A DNA stretch of 30,678 nucleotides from a virus (IMGVR_UViG_3300042363_000066:1-30678); one strand, 5' to 3'. Numbered from the stretch's first letter, positions 1-8,100 are shown. Notes: a model not told the origin generated them from the sequence alone. Numbers and translations are program-made.

Positions 1-12
1 ACCACCTACCAA

Positions 13-195
13 ATGTTCCAATATCAGCGATACGGGAACATATTAATTGACGGGGATAGGAGTACTACAAACCCTTATGACCCTGCCTTATTGCCTAAAA
101 ACTACGATTACGAAGATGACGATTACACGTTTACTCGTTGGGTAGAAAACAATGCAGAACTTGAACTTTTAAAAAACGAAGTATATGAAGATTGA
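13..195 (+). CDS. Hypothetical protein (frame is open from position 1, so possibly 5'-truncated)
   Basis: ORF overlaps the next gene start; no recognisable motif. Confidence 0.55.
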   Translation: MFQYQRYGNILIDGDRSTTNPYDPALLPKNYDYEDDDYTFTRWVENNAELELLKNEVYED

Positions 196-382
196 ATTTG
201 TAAAAGAAACTAAGCCAGACGGAACAATTTTCTATTATACTTTAGTAGATAACAAATACGATAGCGCAAGTATGTACTTGGAATACTCACAAGCTTACGA
301 GTACTTTGTAAGCCTAAAGAAAAGACAAGAACCGATTATCGAAATTTTAGAACACTATAATATAGACATACAAAACAAATAA
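185..382 (+). CDS. Hypothetical phage protein
   Basis: ORF tightly packed between neighbours. Confidence 0.7.
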   Translation: MKIEFVKETKPDGTIFYYTLVDNKYDSASMYLEYSQAYEYFVSLKKRQEPIIEILEHYNIDIQNK

Positions 383-384
383 CA

Positions 385-918
385 ATGAGCCTAATTAAAA
401 TTCAACAAGAACTAAAAGCACCTAAAAACCAATTTAATGCTTTTGCTAAATACAAGTACCGAAGTGCAGAAGATATAATCGAAGCAGCTAAACCTATCTG
501 CCATAAATACGGCTACGCTTTAATGCTTAGCGATGAGGTAATAGAAGTAGGCGGTAGAGTTTATGTAAAGGCTACGGCTTGTCTAAGTAATGGAGAAGAT
601 AACATTACCTGCACGGGTATTGCTCGTGAAGAAGAAAACAAAAAGGGAATGGATGCGGCGCAGCTAACCGGAGCTTGTAGCTCATATGCTCGAAAATATG
701 CACTTAATGGTTTATTCGCAATCGATGACACTAAAGATGCAGATGCTACCAATGAGCATAAAGACGAAGTAAGCGAAGGTCAAAAGGCGTTTTTAATTGA
801 GCAGTTAGACAAGACAAAGTTTACCGAAGACCAGAAGGTAAAGGCTGCTTTAAAAATTAATGCTATTAAGACTTTAGACGAATTTAACAAGATTAAAGAA
901 ACAATAAAGAAAAGCTAA
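385..918 (+). CDS. ERF-family ssDNA annealing protein
   Basis: KAPKNQFNAFAKYKYRSAEDI and TGACSSYARKYALNGLFAIDDTKDAD match ERF superfamily motifs. Confidence 0.88.
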   Translation: MSLIKIQQELKAPKNQFNAFAKYKYRSAEDIIEAAKPICHKYGYALMLSDEVIEVGGRVYVKATACLSNGEDNITCTGIAREEENKKGMDAAQLTGACSSYARKYALNGLFAIDDTKDADATNEHKDEVSEGQKAFLIEQLDKTKFTEDQKVKAALKINAIKTLDEFNKIKETIKKS

Positions 919-1157
919 TGCGTGAACTATTACCATTTGAAAGGCAGATGCTACTTGCAGAAGTATACCATTACGCTTGGTATAATGAAGATGCATATAA
1001 TGACCTACTAATATTTATAGAAAAATATCAAAACCTTTTAGACAAACCTGTTTTTTTTAACCAAATCAATAACAATGACACAACAACAACAAATCTTGAA
1101 CCACTTGCTTTCGGGCAAAACATTGACACCAATCCAGGCTTTAACGAAGTACAATAG
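918..1157 (+). CDS. Hypothetical protein
   Basis: TAATG coupling to the ERF gene; 3' end overlaps the next gene. Confidence 0.6.
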   Translation: MRELLPFERQMLLAEVYHYAWYNEDAYNDLLIFIEKYQNLLDKPVFFNQINNNDTTTTNLEPLAFGQNIDTNPGFNEVQ

Positions 1158-1281
1158 CCTAAGATTAGCAGCCGTAGTGTTTGAATTAAAACGCAAAGGC
1201 TACAAAGTACAAACGGAATTAATTAACGTTGGTACGAAAAAACAAAGTAAATTAGTAGCTAAATATTCAATTAAAAAATGA
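1075..1281 (+). CDS. Small winged helix-turn-helix DNA-binding protein
   Basis: ILNHLLSGKTLTPIQAL...RLAAVVFELKRKGYKV pattern typical of phage HTH proteins. Confidence 0.8.
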   Translation: MTQQQQILNHLLSGKTLTPIQALTKYNSLRLAAVVFELKRKGYKVQTELINVGTKKQSKLVAKYSIKK

Positions 1282-1508
1282 CACCAGAAGAAAAAGCAAT
1301 AGAATTATACAATAAAATGTATGAAACTGGATTTAAACCAAAAAGCGTTTTAATCAGAATAGAACAAGCCAAAGAATGTGCATTAATAGCAGCAAACGAG
1401 ATTTTAAAAGAAAATTTAGAAGAATTACCTGATGAGCCTGAAACTGTTGTTAGGTATATATATTGGCAAGAAGTTAAACAAAAAATAGAAACAATTAAAA
1501 ACAAATAA
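1278..1508 (+). CDS. Hypothetical phage protein
   Basis: ATGA overlap; MTPEEKAIEL...AKECALIA...YWQEVKQ. Confidence 0.75.
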   Translation: MTPEEKAIELYNKMYETGFKPKSVLIRIEQAKECALIAANEILKENLEELPDEPETVVRYIYWQEVKQKIETIKNK

Positions 1509-1510
1509 AA

Positions 1511-1702
1511 ATGGAACAAAAAAAATGGAGTGCAGGTGCTTGGAAAAAGACAACTGCTAAAGGAGAAGTAATTAACTTTACAATTAATGATGTAAAATAC
1601 TCGATGTGGGTAAATGCTTACAAGACAGAAGATAAGCAGCCAGATTATAAAATTTACATTAATGATTTCAAACCTAAAGAAGATACGGGATTGCCGTTTT
1701 AA
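1511..1702 (+). CDS. Small SSB-like / DUF736-like protein
   Basis: GAWKK...KQPDYKI core and acidic C-terminal LPF tail as in SSBs; next to ERF. Confidence 0.6.
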   Translation: MEQKKWSAGAWKKTTAKGEVINFTINDVKYSMWVNAYKTEDKQPDYKIYINDFKPKEDTGLPF

Positions 1703-1704
1703 TT

Positions 1705-2133
1705 ATGCTAACTAGAAATAAAGATGTTTCAATAAGACAACTAAAGGATTTATACTATGCGCAACGTAATACCCATATGCAGCTACACGAAATGATGTCG
1801 CAATTAGGGTTGTTAGGCATAGAAGATAATGAGCCTTTAGGTGCGGATATAGGTGCGAGAAGCATCGTCAAATTAGTAGAAGAAGTATTTGAATGCGATG
1901 TACTGAAAAAAGACAGGTCTTTAAAAACTACCTTCGGGCGCAAAGCTGCTGCCTATCTACTCAGGCGATATACTAAATTGAGCCTTAAAGAGATTAGCGC
2001 ATACAGTGGCACTAAAGACCATACAACCGCAATTCATAATATAAAACAAGCAAATAACCTAATTGATACGGAAGATTGGTTTAAAGACAAAATGAAAAGA
2101 ATTTGTCAAAAAATTGAAATTATACAAAATTAG
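1705..2133 (+). CDS. DnaA C-terminal (domain IV) HTH-containing protein
   Basis: RKAAAYLLRRYTKLSLKEISAYSGTKDHTTAIH resembles the DnaA domain IV signature (R..AMYL.R..T..SL..IG..FG.RDHTTV.H). Confidence 0.82.
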   Translation: MLTRNKDVSIRQLKDLYYAQRNTHMQLHEMMSQLGLLGIEDNEPLGADIGARSIVKLVEEVFECDVLKKDRSLKTTFGRKAAAYLLRRYTKLSLKEISAYSGTKDHTTAIHNIKQANNLIDTEDWFKDKMKRICQKIEIIQN

Positions 2134-2143
2134 TCTATATTTG
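2114..2143 (+). promoter_or_regulatory. Bacteroidota housekeeping-type promoter (-33/-7)
   Basis: TTG at 2114-2116, 19-nt spacer, TATATTTG at 2136-2143 (TAnnTTTG consensus). Confidence 0.75.
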
Positions 2144-2152
2144 CAGTATATA

Positions 2153-2243
2153 AGACACATAGACGAACTGCGAACCGCCTATGTGTTTAGTGGTTAAATA
2201 ATAATAACCCTGATAGTTCGCAGCTATCGGGGTTTATTTTTTT
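2153..2243 (+). promoter_or_regulatory. Structured 5' leader: two hairpins with complementary loops; second hairpin is terminator-like
   Basis: Stem 1 AGACACATAG/CTATGTGTTT with loop containing CTGCGAA; stem 2 AACCCTGATAG/CTATCGGGGTT with loop TTCGCAG, followed by TATTTTTTT and the ATG. Confidence 0.7.
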
Positions 2244-2948
2244 ATGGCAAAAGACCCAGCTTTTTTATTTTACCCCGGCGACTATGTTAGTGGCACAATG
2301 GGAATGACATTTGAAGAAAAAGGTGCATATATGGACCTGCTTATGCTTCAATTTAACCGAGGTCATATGAATCATCATATGATAGTTCATACGGTTGGTC
2401 ACTTGTGGGAACAAGTGAAATGCAAGTTTATACAAGATGACGAAGGTTTATGGTATAATGTCAGGCTTGACATTGAGAAGGATAAACGTAAAACCTTTAC
2501 AGAATCTAGGAGAAACAATATAAAATCAAAAAATAAAGCTACATTAGACACTACATATGAAACGCATATGAATAGTCATATGAAGCCTCATATGGAAAAT
2601 GTAAATATAAATATAAATAAAGATTTAAATAATAATAAAAGTAGATGTAGTTTTGAACAGGCTTTTGAGTATATGGCTACACGGATAGGAGTAGACCAAG
2701 CTAAGATTGAAGCCGAAAAATTCGTAAATTACTACGAAAGCAACGGATGGAAAGTCGGTAAAAACCCTATGAAAAGTTGGACACACGCCGTAAATAATTG
2801 GATAAATAACGCTAAACTATATGCAAAAGGAACTACAAATAATCAACGAAAACTTACAAAAGGAGAACAGTTTAACCTTGATGGATACAACCTCATTAAC
2901 GCTACTACCTATGGAGCAGGAGATTATGACCGCATTTTCGGGGGATAG
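2244..2948 (+). CDS. Phage replication initiator (DUF1376/YdaU-like N-terminus)
   Basis: MAKDPAFLFYPGDY..GT..MTFEEKGAYMDLL N-terminus; C-terminal AEKFVNYYESNGWKVGKNPMKSW; internal repeats. Confidence 0.78.
   Translation: MAKDPAFLFYPGDYVSGTMGMTFEEKGAYMDLLMLQFNRGHMNHHMIVHTVGHLWEQVKCKFIQDDEGLWYNVRLDIEKDKRKTFTESRRNNIKSKNKATLDTTYETHMNSHMKPHMENVNININKDLNNNKSRCSFEQAFEYMATRIGVDQAKIEAEKFVNYYESNGWKVGKNPMKSWTHAVNNWINNAKLYAKGTTNNQRKLTKGEQFNLDGYNLINATTYGAGDYDRIFGG
2554..2641. repeat. Iteron-like CATATG array plus AT-rich tract (putative replication origin)
   Basis: CATATG at 2554, 2565, 2577 and 2589 (11-12 bp spacing), then an almost pure A/T stretch; a second array lies at 2364-2405. Confidence 0.65.
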
Positions 2949-3582
2949 GGTTAGAAACGTAAACCAAATAATGTTGCATCAAAACCTTATTTACATAATG
3001 CAGCTAGTAGGTATTAACGTTATGCCAGACAAAGTTAAGTTAGCTTTATTAGAAGATTGGATTAGAAGCCAATACGGTAACTTCACAATAAACGAAATAA
3101 AAGTAGCGTTTAAGCAAATGGTAGCTAATGACTTCATCGACCACTACCAGAATTTTAGCCCTGCTTATTTTAGTCAGGTAATGGACAGATATAAGAAAAA
3201 AGCAAATGAAGTAAGAAAAATGATGCCACAAGAACGAGTAGAAGCAATCCCACACTTAACCGATTTAGAGATAATTGATTACAGTTACCAAGAATATAAG
3301 CTTCTGGAAAATAGAAATTTTGATAGGTTATTTAACCCATTATCAGTATTTACAAAGCTTAATAGTACAGGCATTAAGGTATGGACAAAAGAAGATGGCG
3401 CACTTGCTAAAAAGAAACTTATGGAGATTATTACATATAAGGCTAATAAAATGGACATCATAAGTGCAAAGCAGTACCGAGACGAATGGACTGAGCAATG
3501 GTTAAAAAACCAAGCTAGAGCAGTTGCAGTAGCTTTATTTTTCGATGAGCAAATAAAATTTGGTAAAGTTTCATTTTCTTAA
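2821..3582 (+). CDS. Hypothetical replication-associated protein (start uncertain: 2821, 2881 or 2911)
   Basis: Long ORF overlapping the end of the initiator gene; position typical of a helicase-loader partner. Confidence 0.6.
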   Translation: MQKELQIINENLQKENSLTLMDTTSLTLLPMEQEIMTAFSGDRVRNVNQIMLHQNLIYIMQLVGINVMPDKVKLALLEDWIRSQYGNFTINEIKVAFKQMVANDFIDHYQNFSPAYFSQVMDRYKKKANEVRKMMPQERVEAIPHLTDLEIIDYSYQEYKLLENRNFDRLFNPLSVFTKLNSTGIKVWTKEDGALAKKKLMEIITYKANKMDIISAKQYRDEWTEQWLKNQARAVAVALFFDEQIKFGKVSFS

Positions 3583-3592
3583 TATAGTTTTG
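3559..3592 (+). promoter_or_regulatory. Possible Bacteroidota-type promoter
   Basis: TTTG at 3559-3562, 22-nt spacer, TAGTTTTG at 3585-3592, just before ATG 3597. Confidence 0.4.
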
Positions 3593-3596
3593 TAAT

Positions 3597-3902
3597 ATGA
3601 CCGCAAACGAATTAACCAAAGAAGCTATCCAAAAGCTAAATAAAAACGGATGCTTTGTATGGCGTAATAACAATTTAGCGGTTAGAGGTCGCACCTTTAT
3701 AGGTTTAAAAGGAGTGCCAGATGTTGTAGGATTTCATACTCAAACAGGAGTAGCGGTATATTGCGAGACTAAAGCAATAGGAGACAAACTTAGCAGCTAC
3801 CAAATAGCATTTTTAAACTTAGCAAAAACGGCAAATTGTTTTTGTTACATAGCAACCGAAGACAACGGCAAACTAACCTTAAAAGAATATGAACAAGAAT
3901 AG
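3597..3902 (+). CDS. VRR-NUC domain nuclease (Holliday-junction resolvase-like)
   Basis: GVPDVVG...YCETKA...LSSYQIAFL PD-(D/E)xK pattern of the VRR-NUC family. Confidence 0.85.
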   Translation: MTANELTKEAIQKLNKNGCFVWRNNNLAVRGRTFIGLKGVPDVVGFHTQTGVAVYCETKAIGDKLSSYQIAFLNLAKTANCFCYIATEDNGKLTLKEYEQE

Positions 3903-4365
3903 CATCATATTAGAACTTTGGGAGAGCCGAGAACTAAAGGAAGCAATAGATAAAATGCAGCCTGAAGATTTACGAGAAGATTTAAGAAGCGAAATATTTA
4001 AGGTGCTATGCGAAATGGACGAGGAACGTTTAATTGATATGCGCACCCGTAATGTATTAAAGTTCTATTTAGTTCGCACTATGATTAATATGATGCAAAG
4101 TAACACTAGCCAATTTTATCGCACATACCGAAAGCCTTTAGAAGTAGAATTGATAGTACACGATAGAGACGAAGATTTACTTAATAAAGTAGAAGATGAG
4201 TTATCTAAGATGCATTGGTACAAAGCGGAACTTTTAAGAGTTTATGCAATTAAGCATAATTGCAACGCTAAAGAATTAAGCAGGGTTACAGGTATACCTT
4301 ATATGTCAATCCATAGGGAACTAAAACTAACTAAACGAGAACTTAAAAAACAATTACGCAAATGA
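3889..4365 (+). CDS. Phage sigma-factor-like transcriptional regulator (ECF-like)
   Basis: EDLRSEIF (region 2-like) and C-terminal HTH NAKELSRVTGIPYMSIHRELKLTK (region 4-like); 158 aa. Confidence 0.7.
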   Translation: MNKNSIILELWESRELKEAIDKMQPEDLREDLRSEIFKVLCEMDEERLIDMRTRNVLKFYLVRTMINMMQSNTSQFYRTYRKPLEVELIVHDRDEDLLNKVEDELSKMHWYKAELLRVYAIKHNCNAKELSRVTGIPYMSIHRELKLTKRELKKQLRK

Positions 4366-4496
4366 TGAACTACTATGCTAAATTAATTAGGTCTACTACT
4401 GATTATCGTAAAAAAAATATAATAAGAAGGATAGTTTCATATAATAAACTTAAGCTAATTCAATCTAAATATAAATTTAAAATTTGTAATTTATGA
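4362..4496 (+). CDS. Small basic hypothetical protein, 44 aa (not in ORF track)
   Basis: MMNYYAKLIRSTTDYRKKNII...; ATGA overlaps with both neighbours and exactly fills the gap. Confidence 0.5.
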   Translation: MMNYYAKLIRSTTDYRKKNIIRRIVSYNKLKLIQSKYKFKICNL

Positions 4497-4726
4497 TAAT
4501 TATAGCAGCAATATGCTTTTCGATATTCTTTATAGAGATACATCAGTTTCATAGAAAGTGGAATTTGAATTTTAAACCTTTTAATTGCACAAGTTGTATT
4601 TCAGCTTGGACAGGGTTAATATTATATTTACTACCTGAAGTGTGCACTAACATAGTAGCTTTTATGTTTGTTCCAGGAGTATTAGCACCAGTTTTAAGCA
4701 AAATAATGTGGAACTTATGGAAATAG
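4493..4726 (+). CDS. Small membrane protein with CxxC (DUF1360-like)
   Basis: Hydrophobic segments flanking KPFNCTSCISAW. Confidence 0.65.
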   Translation: MIIIAAICFSIFFIEIHQFHRKWNLNFKPFNCTSCISAWTGLILYLLPEVCTNIVAFMFVPGVLAPVLSKIMWNLWK

Positions 4727-4947
4727 AACACCGCAACTTTTTAGATGACCACGTTGGTAATTGGCATACAGTTCAAAATGGCTATGTGCGAAATATCGAC
4801 TTAGACATCTTAAAAATGTATGAACATATTTATCGCAAGTATATGAGTTCAGATTTTATCCTAACAGTTTGGTGCGGTAATTGCATTTTCGATATGATTA
4901 AAAGGCTTTACACTTGGTATGAGCAGCAACCTAAAAAAACAAAATGA
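4708..4947 (+). CDS. Hypothetical protein with CxxC
   Basis: WCGNCI motif; ATGA overlap with the glycosyltransferase. Confidence 0.7.
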   Translation: MELMEIEHRNFLDDHVGNWHTVQNGYVRNIDLDILKMYEHIYRKYMSSDFILTVWCGNCIFDMIKRLYTWYEQQPKKTK

Positions 4948-5939
4948 GAATACTTTGCATAACATCTGCAAATAGCGGAGTTGGATTACATAGAATAATG
5001 ATGCCAATAGTACACTTGCAAAAAGAATATGCACTTATTACAGATGTACTAAATGACGAACTACTAGAGCAGGGATGGGATATTGTGCTAATGAATAGAA
5101 TGCTAAACGAAATAGATGCAAAGAAAATGGATGCTTGGCGTACTAAGTACGGCTTTAAATTAGTAGTCGATAACGATGACCATTGGGAACTTAGCGAAAG
5201 CCATTTATTGTATTTAAGATATAAGCTCAATAATATACCTAAACAGATTACAGACTTCATACAGATAGCGGACCTTTGTACCTGTACGCACGAAAGATTA
5301 GCAGCAGAAATAAGTCCTTATAATAAAAACGTACACATATTACCCAACGCATTACCTTACGGGCAAGAGCAATTTATGGATAATAAGACCGAAGATTACA
5401 AGGTAAGATTATTCTGGTCAGGTAGCGGAACACACGAAAGAGATTTAGAGATACTAAGGCAGCCGTTTAAAAGATTGCAAGGTATGAATATAAGAACTGT
5501 AATAGCAGGTTATAATGACGGAGAGAAGCCTATATGGGATAAAATGATTGATAGCTTTACTTGTGGGCTAAAGCTTAACCCTACTATATACAACTATGCA
5601 AAGGTTACTGAATATATGGGTGCTTATACGGATAGCGATATTTCAATTATACCATTGGTGGACAATAAGTTTAATGCTATGAAGTCAAATCTAAAGGTAT
5701 TAGAAACCGCTACTAAAAAGAACCCTGCCATCGTTAGCCATGTCAATCCTTACCTTAATATGCCCGTGCATTACGTTAAAAGCCAAAAGGATTGGTATAA
5801 ACATATACGAGATTTAGTAAGCGATGCGGATATGAGAAAGGAAAGCGGTCAGAAACTATTTGACTTCTGCCAAAAGAAATATAACTTTGAGGAAATAAAT
5901 TTAGACAGAAAGTATATTTATAGTAAACTATGCCAGTAA
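4944..5939 (+). CDS. Glycosyltransferase (GT-B fold, GT4-like)
   Basis: SGVGLHRIMMP, VVDNDDHW, WSGSGTHERDL, DISIIPLVDNKFNAMKSNLKVLE. Confidence 0.85.
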   Translation: MRILCITSANSGVGLHRIMMPIVHLQKEYALITDVLNDELLEQGWDIVLMNRMLNEIDAKKMDAWRTKYGFKLVVDNDDHWELSESHLLYLRYKLNNIPKQITDFIQIADLCTCTHERLAAEISPYNKNVHILPNALPYGQEQFMDNKTEDYKVRLFWSGSGTHERDLEILRQPFKRLQGMNIRTVIAGYNDGEKPIWDKMIDSFTCGLKLNPTIYNYAKVTEYMGAYTDSDISIIPLVDNKFNAMKSNLKVLETATKKNPAIVSHVNPYLNMPVHYVKSQKDWYKHIRDLVSDADMRKESGQKLFDFCQKKYNFEEINLDRKYIYSKLCQ

Positions 5940-6352
5940 TTAAATGTTCTAACGGGAAATACAAAATCGGCTCAGGCGGTTGCATATACGAGACTGAGGA
6001 AAAAGCAATGCAAGTTTGGAAGGCTATCCTTGCAGGTGGTAAATTTGCTGAATCTTATAATGACTATCCAGAATCAGCTAGTAATAACGCAAAGAGAGCT
6101 TTGGAATGGGCTGATAAAAATGGGTGGGGTTCGTGTGGAGAAGCTACAGGTAAAGCGAGAGCAAACCAATTAGCTAATAAAGAGAAGATAACAAGAGACA
6201 CTATTGCCCGTATGGCTTCCTTTAAAAGACACCAACAACATAAAGACGTTCCTTATAGTGAAGGTTGTGGCGGTTTGATGTGGGATGCTTGGGGCGGAAC
6301 AAGTGGAATTGAGTGGGCTATTAATAAACTAAAAGAAATTGACAAAAAATAA
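5930..6352 (+). CDS. Conserved phage protein (domain usually seen in head-associated proteins)
   Basis: YNDYP..A.NNAKRAL, GKARANQLA, TIARMASF.RH, WDAWGG..G..WA. Confidence 0.65.
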   Translation: MPVIKCSNGKYKIGSGGCIYETEEKAMQVWKAILAGGKFAESYNDYPESASNNAKRALEWADKNGWGSCGEATGKARANQLANKEKITRDTIARMASFKRHQQHKDVPYSEGCGGLMWDAWGGTSGIEWAINKLKEIDKK

Positions 6353-6406
6353 TTTTCATAGTTAAATTTTTAATTATTAATCAACGGAAAATTTAATGGG
6401 GAAGCT

Positions 6407-6658
6407 ATGAAAAAACATACACAAATATATTTGCAGGGGATGGGTTATAAAACAACGGACTTTATCCCCTGTGAAGTGTGTGGATGCCAAGCAGTCGATG
6501 TGCATCATATAGAGGCGAGGGGAATGGGTGGTTCAAATGATAAGGACACGATTGAGAATTTAATGGGATTATGCAGGAAGTGTCATATAGATTTTGGAGA
6601 CAAAAAGCAATATAAAGAATTTTTAACCGACATACACAAACAAAATTACCGATGCTAA
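6407..6658 (+). CDS. HNH endonuclease
   Basis: CEVCG...DVHHI...NLMGLCRKCH. Confidence 0.9.
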   Translation: MKKHTQIYLQGMGYKTTDFIPCEVCGCQAVDVHHIEARGMGGSNDKDTIENLMGLCRKCHIDFGDKKQYKEFLTDIHKQNYRC

Positions 6659-7185
6659 TAACAGAACAGGAGTTTTTAGAGTACGAACTTAATGCAGGAA
6701 TAGGGATGCATAATGATTTTTTTAAAGACTTAGCAAGAAATACAGTTGCCCAGATTGAAAATTTGCCTGTTGTTTCGGTATTAGATTATGGAGCAGGAAC
6801 AGGAGTTTATAGCGATGCCTATTTTAAAGCAGGGTATCACATTGTAGCTTTTGAAATATTTAAGTCGCATCGTGAATATATGAAACAATATGTAGCTTAT
6901 GTTGAAATAGTAGATGAGCCTATTACTACAGACCTATTAAACTTTATAGAGACTGCCGAGCATATGACAGACAAAGAATTAGATTATTTATTTAGCAAAA
7001 TAGAGCCTCAATACATTTTATTTAGTAGCACATCACAAAGAGTTCCGGGGTTCGATGAATCTTGGGGTCATATAAATATTAAAGAGCAATCGGAATGGGA
7101 TAGCTATTTTAAAACAAAAGGCTATAGTAAAATAAAAGATTTATCACAACCTACAACTTGGAGCAAATTATATGGCAAAGATTAA
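6652..7185 (+). CDS. Class I SAM-dependent methyltransferase
   Basis: Motif I VLDYGAGTG, then ETAEHM and WGHINIK; no DPPY/NPPY or PC DNA-methyltransferase motif. Confidence 0.82.
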   Translation: MLITEQEFLEYELNAGIGMHNDFFKDLARNTVAQIENLPVVSVLDYGAGTGVYSDAYFKAGYHIVAFEIFKSHREYMKQYVAYVEIVDEPITTDLLNFIETAEHMTDKELDYLFSKIEPQYILFSSTSQRVPGFDESWGHINIKEQSEWDSYFKTKGYSKIKDLSQPTTWSKLYGKD

Positions 7186-7294
7186 AGAAAATAGCAGTAA
7201 AGTAAACTTCGGAAAGCGCAAACGAGGTTCTGCAAAGAAGTCTTTTAACAAACATAATCCTAGACCAAAGGCATATAGGGGGCAAGGAAGATGA
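7172..7294 (+). CDS. Small basic peptide, 40 aa, ending YRGQGR (not in ORF track)
   Basis: MAKIKENSSKVNFGKRKRGSAKKSFNKHNPRPKAYRGQGR; overlaps both neighbours. Confidence 0.75.
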   Translation: MAKIKENSSKVNFGKRKRGSAKKSFNKHNPRPKAYRGQGR

Positions 7295-7512
7295 GAAAGT
7301 TAAACGCAATCTGGTTACTGCTTACACATAAGGCATACTTTTTAGCAGTATGTAAGACAGGTATGGATGGCGATGATATGACCACAATAGGACATTACAC
7401 ATATGCAATGGCAGAAACCCTAATTAATAAACATATAGCAGACGTAGACACATACCTTGACCAAGAGGATGCGTTAGGAGAAGCACAAGACATTATAAAC
7501 GGCATACTATGA
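7291..7512 (+). CDS. Hypothetical protein
   Basis: ATGA-coupled at both ends. Confidence 0.7.
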   Translation: MRKLNAIWLLLTHKAYFLAVCKTGMDGDDMTTIGHYTYAMAETLINKHIADVDTYLDQEDALGEAQDIINGIL

Positions 7513-8096
7513 TACAAAACGTACAAATTAACCAAGTAAAAGCAAACCCAAATAATCCCAGAATAATTAAGGATGATAAGTTTGCAAAATTAGTAAAGTC
7601 TATTACGGACTTCCCCCAGATGCTAAACCTAAGACCTATAGTAGTTAATGACGATATGGTTGTACTTGGTGGCAATATGCGACTAAAGGCTTGTAAGGAA
7701 GCAGGACTTAAAGAGATACCAATCATAAAAGCTAGTGAACTAACCGAGCAGCAACAAAAGGAGTTTATAGTGAAAGACAATGTAGGATATGGAGAATGGG
7801 ATTGGGATGACCTAGCTAATAATTGGGATGCAGAAGAATTAACCGAGTGGGGATTAGATGTATGGACCAATAGCATAGGCGATGAACTGCTAACTATAGA
7901 TGACACTATCGATGAAAGCAAAGATAGTTCTCCTAAAATTACAGATGAAGGATATTCATTATTTGAAATAGTAATGTTACACGAAAATAAATTAGTACTT
8001 TTGGATGTAATAAACCAATTAAAAAGAGAATTTTTGTTTGAAAAAACAGAAGAAGCTATAATGGAATTAATTAGAATTTATCAAAATAAAAAATAA
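7509..8096 (+). CDS. ParB/Srx-like domain protein
   Basis: NPNNPRII...LRPIVVN..MVVLGGNMRLKAC...FIVKDNVGYGEWD. Confidence 0.88.
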   Translation: MIQNVQINQVKANPNNPRIIKDDKFAKLVKSITDFPQMLNLRPIVVNDDMVVLGGNMRLKACKEAGLKEIPIIKASELTEQQQKEFIVKDNVGYGEWDWDDLANNWDAEELTEWGLDVWTNSIGDELLTIDDTIDESKDSSPKITDEGYSLFEIVMLHENKLVLLDVINQLKREFLFEKTEEAIMELIRIYQNKK

Positions 8097-8100
8097 AACA

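Noticed and set aside
1050-1157. G-T8 run in the 918-1157 ORF as a second frameshift site
   Set aside because: The downstream HTH gene has its own ATG and leader and is in the +1 frame; the T-run is better explained as part of the TTTAACCAA leader
2821-2948. 128-nt overlap of the initiator and the next gene as a recoding event
   Set aside because: In-frame ATGs at 2881 and 2911 shorten the overlap and no clear slippery site is present
6362-6396. TTAAATTTT/AAAATTTAA inverted repeat before the HNH gene
   Set aside because: Pure A/T stem in AT-rich DNA; likely chance or too weak to support
6652-7185. DNA methyltransferase call
   Set aside because: No DPPY/NPPY or PC catalytic motif; resembles small-molecule or glycan methyltransferases
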